Virus record (IMG/VR): IMGVR_UViG_3300009365_003824 | Location: 41,942-105,941 of that record | Length of the DNA: 64,000 nucleotides | From: a virus | Direction: 5' to 3' (one strand) | Shown: piece after piece, positions 20,075 through 29,486 of the stretch | How positions within the stretch are numbered: the first letter of the stretch is position 1 | Layout of the letters: each line of letters opens with the position of its first letter | Position numbers and translations under genes: made by a program | The notes under the pieces: model-generated | Seen by the model: the letters and a program-made list of their open reading frames with translations, nothing else | Database searches by the model: none | Told to the model about the DNA's origin: nothing

Positions 20075-21996
20075 TAGAAATTCAACTTTCCTTCATCAAT
20101 TAATTTCTGAACTTGGGGAGGATGTTGTCCTCCAAATTCAGTCCAGTTTCCACCACCCATTGGGTGTGTTTTCCCATTAACAGCATTCGGGTTTTTTCTC
20201 CATCTTAAAAATACATCATCAACATAACCTCTATTATCAACCCCTGATTGCTGTCTGTAGTATTCCATCTTGTGATAGATTTTCTCAAGTGGCCTTACCC
20301 ATGAATAATGATAAAAGAGGCGCTCATTACCTCTCCATGTTTTGACTTTTTTGTTGACGAGAACACTATCGTGAGCAGAAACGTGCAAGTGGTTTTTTCC
20401 ACGATAACCGTAACCCTCTCGCCATTTAACAACTCGTTCTTGGGGGTAATTGTCCCATTTGCCTGTCCCAATTGTGTTGACGTTATTCCAAAACAACCAG
20501 AACTGCATTATAAGCACTTCGTATTGCGTCATTAATTGCGTAACCCGCCACAGTTGATCCTCTGTATAGACCTCATCTCCATCGAGCATAAACATCCAGT
20601 CACCCGGTTTTAGTTTTGTGGCATAAGCATTTCTCATCTCTACTTTGTCTTTCCACAATCTTCCCGGTGGTCCTATGACGGTGCCGTTGTGTGTGTTCGC
20701 TAATTCATGGGCTATTTCTAAAGTTTTGTCTATGGGGGTGCCATCTGGATTACACATGCCTGCTTTTTGGGCATACTCGTTTCCACCAATCACAAATATC
20801 CATTCATCTATTAATGGAGCAACACTATCCACAGACGCCTCTAAAAACTCTTCTTCATTTAGAGCAATTACACATCCTACGGTTTTACCTTTTTTAGCAT
20901 CTTTAAGTCCATTTGGGATATGTAGCAACCCTGGTCTAGCACTGCAATGTTTATCTACTTTGTAATTGTTGACCCATCTTTCCATGAAAATCTTTTTGTT
21001 GTTGGACCTGTATTTGTGACCTCCTCCTTTTGATTGGCCTACTTTGTGGTATATCATAGATTGAGGTTCATACCATATTTCCAACCCTGCATCCTTCACC
21101 TTCATACACAAGTCTGAATCTTCCCAGTAGCCAATTCTATAATCAAGATCGAATCCACCTATCCGATTAAACAGTTCTTTCCTAATTATAAAACATGCCC
21201 CAGTAACCATGTCTCTAGGTGCTGCTCGAAGTAAATCTCTAGGGGCTTTGTTGTATCTTATTGGTTCTTTTAATTCACGATCTTGATAGATGTTTCGGCC
21301 TATATGGAGAAATGACTTTGATCTCCAACTCCAACGAGATCCAGCAGAATCAATATAACCTTTGGGATTTAATTGTAGGTTGCCGACTAATCCTATTTTA
21401 GGATCAGATTTGAGGCGTTTTACTAAAGGGCTTATCCAGTTGGGTGTGACTACTGTATCTGCATTCAAGAAAATCAGATAATCCCCTGAAGCATGAGCGG
21501 CCCCTGTGTTACAAGTGGGTCCAAATCCGGCATTTTTAGAGTGTTTTACTATTTTGCCTATTTTGAATGTTGGTCTGTTAGCTGCCCAAATGCTGGTGAT
21601 TTGCGTGTATGTCTTATCAGGACAGCAATCATCAACGTAGATTATTTCTGTAGATATGTCTGGTTCTGGTTGAGACCATTTTTTAATTTGTTCTGTTATA
21701 CAGGCTTTACTGCGGAAAAGAGGAACGATGATTGAAACATCAACTTTTTCAGAGGTTCTAAACCAATCAGGCGTGGGCAACTCTTGAGCTTTTGGATAAA
21801 TAAATGGATCGAGAACAAAGACTTTATCTGCGGGCCGCTCTGGTGAGACTTTTAATTTTTTTCTCTTTTTTGAAGACTTACTATATATCTTGCCCTTGCG
21901 GTTAGGGTCATTTACAAGCTGTTGGATCTTCTTGTTATTTTCGGGATGCGAGCGCGTATTTCTCTGTACCAGAATGTTTTTAAATTTAGATGCCAT
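20074..21996 (-). CDS. Two-domain glycosyltransferase family 2
   Basis: VSIIVP, YVDD, FLNAD, YWEDSDL; second domain NEEEFL...MLDGDE. Confidence 0.88.
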   Translation of the reverse strand: MASKFKNILVQRNTRSHPENNKKIQQLVNDPNRKGKIYSKSSKKRKKLKVSPERPADKVFVLDPFIYPKAQELPTPDWFRTSEKVDVSIIVPLFRSKACITEQIKKWSQPEPDISTEIIYVDDCCPDKTYTQITSIWAANRPTFKIGKIVKHSKNAGFGPTCNTGAAHASGDYLIFLNADTVVTPNWISPLVKRLKSDPKIGLVGNLQLNPKGYIDSAGSRWSWRSKSFLHIGRNIYQDRELKEPIRYNKAPRDLLRAAPRDMVTGACFIIRKELFNRIGGFDLDYRIGYWEDSDLCMKVKDAGLEIWYEPQSMIYHKVGQSKGGGHKYRSNNKKIFMERWVNNYKVDKHCSARPGLLHIPNGLKDAKKGKTVGCVIALNEEEFLEASVDSVAPLIDEWIFVIGGNEYAQKAGMCNPDGTPIDKTLEIAHELANTHNGTVIGPPGRLWKDKVEMRNAYATKLKPGDWMFMLDGDEVYTEDQLWRVTQLMTQYEVLIMQFWLFWNNVNTIGTGKWDNYPQERVVKWREGYGYRGKNHLHVSAHDSVLVNKKVKTWRGNERLFYHYSWVRPLEKIYHKMEYYRQQSGVDNRGYVDDVFLRWRKNPNAVNGKTHPMGGGNWTEFGGQHPPQVQKLIDEGKLNF

Positions 21997-22358
21997 TACC
22001 TACCTGTTAAACTTGCAACGCCCTTATTGGCTCTGCCTTGTTGCCCTATAGTCATGCTGCCTAGAATTTGCAAGAAACTGGTCATTTCTTGTGGTGCAAT
22101 AGCAATAACTCGTCTCAAGGCTTGAACTAACTTAGGGTCATATACCTGTTCCCCTGTTATTCTTTGTATCAACCTTAAATAAGAAGCCACATCGCCTTTT
22201 TCAAGAGCATCACTAGGAGTTTCCAAACCAGCACTAGCAGTTACATTTGTATTTCCCACCCCAGCTACATTTGTATTAACTGCATTACTGTTTCCCACCG
22301 CAGTAAGCTCAGTTTGAACTGCTTCAACTGTTTCTAACCACTCATTAAACTTCTTCAT
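21996..22358 (-). CDS. Putative internal head protein
   Basis: Begins MKKFNEWLE. Confidence 0.6.
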   Translation of the reverse strand: MKKFNEWLETVEAVQTELTAVGNSNAVNTNVAGVGNTNVTASAGLETPSDALEKGDVASYLRLIQRITGEQVYDPKLVQALRRVIAIAPQEMTSFLQILGSMTIGQQGRANKGVASLTGR

Positions 22359-22656
22359 TGTCTCCCCCTACTCCTCTTTTGAATCTTCCGGGGAATCCCA
22401 TTGTTGAACCAGATCGAGAACCAATTTCAGGGCCTCTAACCGCCATATTAACAGCATCTATCATTGCAGCGATAAGTTCATCATCGCTCTCAAAATCTTT
22501 CCTAAACCTCTTGGCTAAGGGTTTGAGTGCAGCTTCTATATCAGGCAGAGAGTCGTATGAAGTGCCTCGAAATTGATAAAATTTACTCCAATCAAGATCA
22601 CTGCCATCTGCCGCTATTTCATCAATTTCTTCTTGCCACTCTTTAAACGTTTTCAT
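22345..22656 (-). CDS. Putative internal head protein
   Basis: Begins MKTFKEWQEE. Confidence 0.6.
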   Translation of the reverse strand: MKTFKEWQEEIDEIAADGSDLDWSKFYQFRGTSYDSLPDIEAALKPLAKRFRKDFESDDELIAAMIDAVNMAVRGPEIGSRSGSTMGFPGRFKRGVGGDNEEV

Positions 22657-22665
22657 TTTAATCTC

Positions 22666-23103
22666 CTATGGGGTGGGTCTGGTATCATTTGGATAACTTA
22701 ATTGGGACTTCTCTTGATCGGGATCAGCAGCAGGCTCTTCTCCCTCACCATCCCCTGTTTGAAGCATTTTGTTTCTTCTGTCCTCGCCGTCTGTTTTTTG
22801 AACTTTAGCAAGGGCGTCCCTTATGCGGCTTGCCCAGTTGGAAATATCACTTGTAGAAATATTCAACAAGTCAGCTAAGCCCTCAGAGTTGTTACAGATT
22901 TTCATAAAATGTTCCCAGAAATTAGGGTCCATACTCTCTCCAACACGAATCAACTCCATAGCTTTAGAGTCTTCACCACTGTCTAATAATGGGCCATCGC
23001 CATCACTATCAACTGTGTGGGTGAATTTCTTGTCCGCATCTGCCGGAAGCATTTCACGGTTCTCCGTGATCATCCTGTCGTAAATCTTCCAAAATGTACT
23101 CAT
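22666..23103 (-). CDS. Acidic hypothetical protein, possible internal head protein
   Basis: Begins MSTFWKIYDRMITE. Confidence 0.55.
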   Translation of the reverse strand: MSTFWKIYDRMITENREMLPADADKKFTHTVDSDGDGPLLDSGEDSKAMELIRVGESMDPNFWEHFMKICNNSEGLADLLNISTSDISNWASRIRDALAKVQKTDGEDRRNKMLQTGDGEGEEPAADPDQEKSQLSYPNDTRPTP

Positions 23104-23113
23104 GCTTTATTTA

Positions 23114-23311
23114 TCACCTAGTCTTCATTTTGCGTTTCATTTTGCGTTTCATAAAACCCATCTTCGGGTCCATTTCTTCGTCCTCTGGTGAATCTTCGTG
23201 TGCAGGCGCACCATGTTTGTGCCTTTTTAGTTTAGCACAGTATCCCGCATCTTCACTATTAGGGCCACCGTGAACTTCACCCGCATCTTCTAGCCATTTT
23301 TTAAATTCCAT
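23114..23311 (-). CDS. Putative internal head protein
   Basis: Begins MEFKKWLED; ends MKRKMKRKMKTR. Confidence 0.6.
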   Translation of the reverse strand: MEFKKWLEDAGEVHGGPNSEDAGYCAKLKRHKHGAPAHEDSPEDEEMDPKMGFMKRKMKRKMKTR

Positions 23312-23343
23312 AACGTAGATATATAGGTAAAAGAGACATAACA

Positions 23344-23757
23344 ATGAAAAGTTTTTTGCAGTGGCTAGAAGCAGTCCAAAGCGACTACAGGTTGGGTAAA
23401 GACATCGAAGGGCTTGGAACACTTAATGTTATCAAGCATCGAGGGGCGAAAGTCCCTTGCGCTCGTGATCGCAATAATGGCATCTGGTATAGCTTAGATT
23501 TAGAGAAATGCGGGGGATCGCTAGAAAAATTAGCAAAGCACAGAAAAGAGACCTATTGGTGTCGCCTTGCAAATGGTGCTGGAGCCGACCAAATTAAAGC
23601 CAGCGAACTAGACCAATACAGAATTCAACAGCCCACATCCTATAATTATGAAGAAGTAGAGGGGGCTTTAGATATAGCCGCTCGTAATATAGCCACAGGA
23701 AAAAAACAAGCTGTTGTTCAAACGACTACAGTAATGGCTGTGATTCCAACCCATTAA
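23344..23757 (+). CDS. Putative internal head protein
   Basis: Begins MKSFLQWLEA. Confidence 0.6.
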   Translation: MKSFLQWLEAVQSDYRLGKDIEGLGTLNVIKHRGAKVPCARDRNNGIWYSLDLEKCGGSLEKLAKHRKETYWCRLANGAGADQIKASELDQYRIQQPTSYNYEEVEGALDIAARNIATGKKQAVVQTTTVMAVIPTH

Positions 23758-23762
23758 AAAAT

Positions 23763-23786
23763 AAAGCCCGCCGAAGCGGGCTTTTT
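23763..23786. terminator. Bidirectional intrinsic terminator
   Basis: aaagcccgc-cgaa-gcgggcttttt. Confidence 0.8.
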
Positions 23787-23894
23787 CATTTCATTTAGAG
23801 ATTTCTCTAATCCCCAGTCGTTCCTTCAACTTTCATTCTTTTAGTGGGCAACACACGCTCACCGCGAGCATCGCAATTATGTAGGCAGCACTGT

Positions 23895-24710
23895 TTAAAA
23901 ATTCATCCAAATACACTCTGTCTTGTATTTTTTGGACTTTTGTTGTGATGAATGATTGGCAATTGCCTTCCTTTTGCAAGTCCAATTTTCATACAATCTG
24001 TTGTAAAGTTTTGAGGGATAACCACTTAGGATAACTTTGCCTTTAAAAGCAGACAAGGTTGCAGACAGCTTTATGTGGTCATCAGTGTTCATTTCGCTTT
24101 CATATACACTTGGCGTAGTCCTGGTTTCCGGTAGATATGGCGGGTCTAAATACAACAGGACTTCTTCATTGTTGAAAGCCTTAATTACATCTAAAGCCGG
24201 TTTTTGCATGATGTAAACGCTTTCGATCCTGTTAGAGATAACAGGCAGTTCTTCAATTATAGTTTTCCATGCATTCACATCACCGGGTTGCCCGCCTCGT
24301 TGTCTTGTAGACCAAGCTAGGTGCTTTTTGAGTCCCCCACGACTCATTCTCCTTAGTGAGAATTCATTTATGGCATGATTGATATAATCTGCGAATTCTC
24401 CCTCTTCAGCTTCTCGTTTCAAACGATCAAAGGTTCTTTGAGAGTATGTTAGCCTTTTGATTCGTCTTATGAATTCCCCAGGCTCGTCTCTCAATGCACG
24501 GAAAATCTGGATGATTCCGAGATTTATGTCATTGATGCATTCTTCCCTGGATGGCTCTTTATTTAAAAGCACATTAGCACCACCACAATATGGTTCAACA
24601 TATACCATATCTTGGTAGTTTTGAGGAAAATGTTCAATAATCCAATTACAGAGATAGTATTTGCCACCGTGAGTTTTAATTGGTGGTCTGGTTTTTCTTT
24701 TTCGTGGCAT
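23895..24710 (-). CDS. DNA adenine methyltransferase, D12/Dam class
   Basis: GGKYYL, YVEPYCGG, CINDIN, YLDPPY. Confidence 0.92.
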   Translation of the reverse strand: MPRKRKTRPPIKTHGGKYYLCNWIIEHFPQNYQDMVYVEPYCGGANVLLNKEPSREECINDINLGIIQIFRALRDEPGEFIRRIKRLTYSQRTFDRLKREAEEGEFADYINHAINEFSLRRMSRGGLKKHLAWSTRQRGGQPGDVNAWKTIIEELPVISNRIESVYIMQKPALDVIKAFNNEEVLLYLDPPYLPETRTTPSVYESEMNTDDHIKLSATLSAFKGKVILSGYPSKLYNRLYENWTCKRKAIANHSSQQKSKKYKTECIWMNF

Positions 24711-24900
24711 CTTTTTTCTTATGAATCATGTGACCGCAATTATAGCACTCTACGTCCCAGTTCCCATATGTGCCTTCTCGCCATTCCCAGCCTTTACCAG
24801 ATTCCTTTCCACACTTTAAACAGAGTGCTCTCATGTATTTTTCTTCATCAATATAAAAATAACACGGTTCGCCTTGATGGATTTCCATATTTTTTTGCAT
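24676..24900 (-). CDS. Small Zn-finger protein
   Basis: CLKC and CYNC pairs. Confidence 0.6.
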   Translation of the reverse strand: MQKNMEIHQGEPCYFYIDEEKYMRALCLKCGKESGKGWEWREGTYGNWDVECYNCGHMIHKKKDATKKKNQTTN

Positions 24901-24943
24901 CCTTCCTTTATTGATAATATAGTTTAAACAAGGAGGAAGTCAT

Positions 24944-25498
24944 ATGAACGATAGAATTATTTTAGTAGCACTTATCATAGTAATCGGGCTTGGGATTATG
25001 TATTATACTCAAAACAAGCCCCAACAACAACCTGTTCAGCAACAAAGTTTTACAAATCCTTACCCTCAAACACCGCAACAACCGCAACAACCGCAGCAGC
25101 AGCAACCGCAGCAGCCAGAATTTGAAGAATTTACGAGCTACACTGGCCCGTGGAATACGGTAAAAAATAGAAAATTAGATGGAATTCAAACTGCTGATGT
25201 TCATTATTTGGGGAATCATCAATGGGAAGGTAGGTTTCATGGAACGTGGCGCGGAGTTAGTTATTCTTACGATGTGACATGGGAAGGTCCACCCGATAAT
25301 TTAAGAGGCGTAGCAACGATTGATGGTGCAAACTACACATGGGTAGGAAAAATTACGCCTGAAGTGTTTGTAGGTCAGTTTGAGAGTGGTAGATATACTG
25401 GGGACTTTAATCAGAAGAGAGACAGAAAAAGTGAAGAATCAAATAGAACGCAGGCGATGCTCCCAAAGGGCTGGCATAACCCAAGCATATCTCCTTAA
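24944..25498 (+). CDS. Membrane-anchored protein with Gln-rich linker and beta domain
   Basis: aggagg RBS; TM helix, PQQ repeats, Gly/Trp-rich beta domain. Confidence 0.7.
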   Translation: MNDRIILVALIIVIGLGIMYYTQNKPQQQPVQQQSFTNPYPQTPQQPQQPQQQQPQQPEFEEFTSYTGPWNTVKNRKLDGIQTADVHYLGNHQWEGRFHGTWRGVSYSYDVTWEGPPDNLRGVATIDGANYTWVGKITPEVFVGQFESGRYTGDFNQKRDRKSEESNRTQAMLPKGWHNPSISP

Positions 25499-26000
25499 TG
25501 TATTAGGAACGGAAACATCATCGGAGGTTCAAACACTTTGGATTCAAGCGAAAGAAGGGCTTCCTGATGGTGGGTCATTTATATTGTCATTAGATGGTGT
25601 TGAAACTGTCCCTATTTCATACGATCAGAATTACAATTATGTTGAGTCAACAATGAGATTGGCATTATCCCCTCTTGCGGAAGTGGAGATAGTTGGCAGA
25701 AGCGCCACTCAATTTTTGATAAAATTCATAGGGGCTGATGCGGGTAAAAGGAAGTCAATTCTTAAACTAGAAGAAAACAATTTAACACTTTCAGGAAGTC
25801 CTGCTGGTTTATTGCAAATTGCAAGGAAAAATGAAGGTGGTATACCAAGGACGCTGTTTAGTACACTACAAGATATACCACGAGACAAATGGGTTATCAC
25901 AAGTTTTAACCCAAATAATCGAGAATTCTGTATTGCTGTAGAAAACGATGCTACAACTACTTATTTGAGTGGAACCTTGCCAATAACCACTTTTACTTAA
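25380..26000 (+). CDS. Putative virion structural protein
   Basis: EVQTL...GGSFILS.DG.ET..I.Y motif resembles the EEQQF...GGYFTF segment of 15559-16413; start uncertain. Confidence 0.5.
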   Translation: MRVVDILGTLIRRETEKVKNQIERRRCSQRAGITQAYLLNVLGTETSSEVQTLWIQAKEGLPDGGSFILSLDGVETVPISYDQNYNYVESTMRLALSPLAEVEIVGRSATQFLIKFIGADAGKRKSILKLEENNLTLSGSPAGLLQIARKNEGGIPRTLFSTLQDIPRDKWVITSFNPNNREFCIAVENDATTTYLSGTLPITTFT

Positions 26001-26173
26001 ATATCAATGCCTTTTTTAGCTGCCCACTCTTTAAATACCTTTTCAACATGATTGTCAAGGTACGCATCTATTGCGCCACAATTGAATTCTTTTACATCTT
26101 CCAAAAGCTCTTGGATGTCTTCGACGGTGAATTTCTTTTTTCCCCACCAAAACTCTCTTTTTTGTTCTTCCAT
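25997..26173 (-). CDS. Small hypothetical protein
   Basis: Manual translation MEEQKREFWWGKKKFTVEDIQELL... (58 aa) with aggag RBS. Confidence 0.55.
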   Translation of the reverse strand: MEEQKREFWWGKKKFTVEDIQELLEDVKEFNCGAIDAYLDNHVEKVFKEWAAKKGIDI

Positions 26174-26183
26174 AATAATCTCC

Positions 26184-26702
26184 TTATCGGTCTAGTTTAG
26201 CAGTTTTTAGCCAGAGAATAAAAGCGGCTTCGCCTTTATATCCCTTGCCAGATTTAATTTCTTTCTCGTTACCGTCCACAATCCTGTGTGCCGGAACGCC
26301 AGAGATACCATATTTGCTTGCTACGGCTTTCTCTTTGTCAACATCTACTTTATAAACAATGTAGCTACTCAACTCATTCTGTACCCGTGGTGAAGAAAGT
26401 GTTTCACTCGAAAACTTCTTGCACCAACTACACCAACTAGCTGTAAAATAAAGGTAAACCTGTTTATTTAATGCTCTTGCCGTCTCTATCGCATCCTCGT
26501 AACTATCTATCCTCTCAGGAGGCGCAGGTTGTTGCGGTTGCTGCGGCGGCTCCGGTGTTGTCGGAGGCACAGGTTGGGGTTGCCACTGTTGTTGCGGTAT
26601 TTGTGGCGTGGGTTCTGGATTTACCGGGTTTAGATAGAAGTAAGCTATCGCCAACCCCAAAACTATCACCACCACTGTTAGGAGCGATCTTTTGTCGTCC
26701 AT
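26184..26702 (-). CDS. Membrane-anchored thioredoxin-family protein
   Basis: TM helix, P/Q linker, FTASWCSWCKK, YGISGVP. Confidence 0.88.
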   Translation of the reverse strand: MDDKRSLLTVVVIVLGLAIAYFYLNPVNPEPTPQIPQQQWQPQPVPPTTPEPPQQPQQPAPPERIDSYEDAIETARALNKQVYLYFTASWCSWCKKFSSETLSSPRVQNELSSYIVYKVDVDKEKAVASKYGISGVPAHRIVDGNEKEIKSGKGYKGEAAFILWLKTAKLDR

Positions 26703-26801
26703 TTCCCCCCCTTTCGTAAATAGGGCCAATATTATTTATTCATTAGAGAGGTAAAACTAATCGTGAATTATATATAGTAATAACTTAAGTGAGGGTTACA
26801 A

Positions 26802-27737
26802 ATGAGATCATTTAATAGTTTTGTTGAAGAGAAGCATGTTGGGGTTTTGGTTGAAAGAACTGCCCGGATAATGGAAGAGCAGGGAATTGACCCTAATAAA
26901 TACATGCTTTCTTATATCCAAGAGCATCATCCTGAAGCAATTGATGAAAACTGGTTCAGTAGATTAGGGTCTTCTTTAGGTAATACTTGGCAGACCATGA
27001 AATCGGGTTGGATGGCTAATCCCAAACAAGATTTGGCTACTATTAAAAAGCACTTAGACCACTGGACAAATAATCTGGCCCAATATGATACAACAGGACA
27101 ATTGAGCCAAGCAGCCACAGGGGCCATGAATGCATTAAAGGATCTTCCAATAGATCAAATTTCAAAAGACGTACAAACTAGATATGTGGCTAAAAACCCT
27201 CAAGCTGCAAACCAACAACAAACTAATCCACAAACAGGAAACCAACCGCAGACCCCTGACCAACAATACGGAGATGTAAAACCCGGTCCAGGCCCACGAG
27301 GCGCAGAAACAGGAACCGCAGCAAATCCAATTACGGCTGACGCACTTCCTAACCCGGAAGACGGAACTACACAAACCACAGTTCAAACACCACAATCTAA
27401 TCAAGGTAGTGGTGTAATAGATGCAGCACCGCAAACAGGACAAGGCAATCAAGGTGGCGTGCTCGATGCAGCACCACAAACCCCACAGGGAACACAGGGA
27501 GTTGGCTCGCAGCAAGTCGGAGCACAGAATCCACCACAAGGAGTTACTCAAGCTACAGCCCAAGCCCAACAACCCAAGATGCCGCAATCACCTGAAGAAT
27601 GGGAACAATTAAAGCAACAGAATCCTCAGTGGTATGATTATTTAAGAAACAATCAACCACAAGTTGCCCACAACGAAATTGAAGGCGAAGTCATTCAGGA
27701 ATGGGTAGATACAGCCAAAAGGATAGGTATTGGTTAA
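26802..27737 (+). CDS. Gln-rich putative internal head protein
   Basis: Begins MRSFNSFVEE; internal GV.DAAPQT repeats. Confidence 0.6.
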   Translation: MRSFNSFVEEKHVGVLVERTARIMEEQGIDPNKYMLSYIQEHHPEAIDENWFSRLGSSLGNTWQTMKSGWMANPKQDLATIKKHLDHWTNNLAQYDTTGQLSQAATGAMNALKDLPIDQISKDVQTRYVAKNPQAANQQQTNPQTGNQPQTPDQQYGDVKPGPGPRGAETGTAANPITADALPNPEDGTTQTTVQTPQSNQGSGVIDAAPQTGQGNQGGVLDAAPQTPQGTQGVGSQQVGAQNPPQGVTQATAQAQQPKMPQSPEEWEQLKQQNPQWYDYLRNNQPQVAHNEIEGEVIQEWVDTAKRIGIG

Positions 27738-28039
27738 ATCCAGCCGATTTTCGTAGCTATAGCAAACTCTTGTATGGTGACTTTTCGCCCCACCATCTCT
27801 GATAGACTATCAATAAAATGTTGGGCAATGTCTCTTTGCGTAGCTGCAAATATCTCAGGGCCTTGTTTCTTAGCCCAATCAAAGGACTCTTCATCAATGC
27901 TCCAATCGAAATACTCACCATCAATGTAGATACACTTCTCAGTTAAATTGTCCTCGTCTGTGATTAAGCGAACCTCGAATTTCTTCTTGCCCGCCTCTCG
28001 CATTCTTGTCTCAATTTGTTCTTTTGTTTCTTCTTCCAT
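27734..28039 (-). CDS. Hypothetical protein
   Basis: ORF with gaggt RBS. Confidence 0.65.
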   Translation of the reverse strand: MEEETKEQIETRMREAGKKKFEVRLITDEDNLTEKCIYIDGEYFDWSIDEESFDWAKKQGPEIFAATQRDIAQHFIDSLSEMVGRKVTIQEFAIATKIGWI

Positions 28040-28083
28040 TTTGATACCTCACAATAATTGAGTTAGAAAAGATAAATATTCTT

Positions 28084-28608
28084 ATGGAGTTTCAATATTG
28101 GCTAAATGAATCATCTCTGAATGATCTGCATCAAAGTGCGGTTGCTGCCTTCCCAGGTACAACGAGGCGACAGCACGCCACTCACCCTATTGAAATCTCA
28201 AATCTAAGGTGGACTCCATTTCTGGGCATGAGAACCTTAATGGTCAAAGCGGTAGCTAGAAACGAGGATCGAGAATACACTCCATTTATCGTTTTTAAAA
28301 ATGTTCAATACCACAATGTCCGTGATATTTATGGATTGGTGGAAATTACAGCCAGTGATGGTGCCCAATACCTCTTTGAACGCCTCTCAGTCAATGAAAA
28401 TGATGTCCTAGTCAGATGTAATTGTAAGGACTTCTACTGGCGATTTAATTATTATGACCACGTTGATCGCTCTTTGTATGGTCGGAAAAGAAGCCCATAT
28501 GAGGCTATATTCAACCCAGGTTCCGCCAATCCCCAAGAGATGCCAGGGATGTGCAAGCATTTAATGAAATTCGCTGAGGTTTTAGGGCACAGTGGCGTGA
28601 TAAGTTAA
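28084..28608 (+). CDS. SWIM-type Zn-finger protein
   Basis: VRCNCKDF...MCKH; begins MEFQYWLNE. Confidence 0.7.
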   Translation: MEFQYWLNESSLNDLHQSAVAAFPGTTRRQHATHPIEISNLRWTPFLGMRTLMVKAVARNEDREYTPFIVFKNVQYHNVRDIYGLVEITASDGAQYLFERLSVNENDVLVRCNCKDFYWRFNYYDHVDRSLYGRKRSPYEAIFNPGSANPQEMPGMCKHLMKFAEVLGHSGVIS

Positions 28609-28616
28609 AAATTCGC

Positions 28617-28645
28617 TTGATTTTGGATTTAATTTTTAGTAAACT
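28617..28645 (+). promoter_or_regulatory. Sigma70-like promoter
   Basis: TTGATT-17 nt-TAAACT upstream of aaggag RBS and ATG at 28677. Confidence 0.5.
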
Positions 28646-28676
28646 CCATCCTATCAGATTTAACTTAAGGAGAGTG

Positions 28677-29486
28677 ATGATGAATGTTTGTGATGGATTA
28701 CCCGTAATGCACCCGTTGATAAAGCCTAAACTTGTAGTGGATTATGATAAAGAAATGGCGTTTAAGGGTAGGTGTGAATATGCAACTGAACATGAATGGA
28801 TCGAAGACCATTTAAATTTTGTGCTAAATAATCCAAGGCTTGTTGAAGACTCTGGTAAAGTTAGAGAATCGAGCAAACTCGCTGAGAGTTCACTGAAGTT
28901 TGATGAATATGTGTATTGCGACTATTTTAAGCCATTAGCGAGGCTTGAATCGTATCAACATCTGCATAAATATCCCAGCGTTCGGATAGCAGATGATGAT
29001 CGGGACAACAAAGATTTAAACGAAAAGGGGGAGTGGGTCTACACTCTTACAACAAAGCCCTATCAATTGCCAAACTCTGAACGTAGAATTCTAAAAATAG
29101 GACTTACAACTAACGGAATAAAAGAAAGGTGGGGTTCGTATCAATCTGGTGTTTATACGAACAGGTTGCAAGAATTGGAAGCCTCGAAGAACAAGAAGAA
29201 GGGCAAAGCTAACTGTTCTATAACTAATTTTCATGTGTTACACACTGTTTTGCATCTTATACATCACAACAATTTGGTTGAAATATGCGGATATAAATTG
29301 CCAGTCGTACCTGTTATTATACCTATGTATGGAGCTGATCGACGTGTGCTTGCAAGTGTGAGCCGCGAATTTGAATCCGAGGCAATTAGAGCATATGATG
29401 ATCAAATAAGAGATTTAGGCATTACATCTCCTCTTCCAACCAATAGAAAAGATGGAGCGAAAAAGAAAATGAAAGTGGTGGTGTGA
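28677..29486 (+). CDS. GIY-YIG restriction endonuclease-like protein (R.Hpy188I-like)
   Basis: EWVYTL...ILKIGLT..GIKERWGSY.SG...CSITN, adjacent to an N6-adenine MTase. Confidence 0.6.
   Translation: MMNVCDGLPVMHPLIKPKLVVDYDKEMAFKGRCEYATEHEWIEDHLNFVLNNPRLVEDSGKVRESSKLAESSLKFDEYVYCDYFKPLARLESYQHLHKYPSVRIADDDRDNKDLNEKGEWVYTLTTKPYQLPNSERRILKIGLTTNGIKERWGSYQSGVYTNRLQELEASKNKKKGKANCSITNFHVLHTVLHLIHHNNLVEICGYKLPVVPVIIPMYGADRRVLASVSREFESEAIRAYDDQIRDLGITSPLPTNRKDGAKKKMKVVV

Noticed and set aside
25020-25115. CAA/CAG microsatellite-like repeat as a phase-variation tract
   Set aside because: Imperfect triplet-based repeat that simply encodes a Gln/Pro linker
29484-29486. Genome-wide TGA recoding
   Set aside because: TGA terminates several otherwise complete genes (e.g. 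ending 30758, 33935, 39655) and standard-code ORFs already give dense coverage
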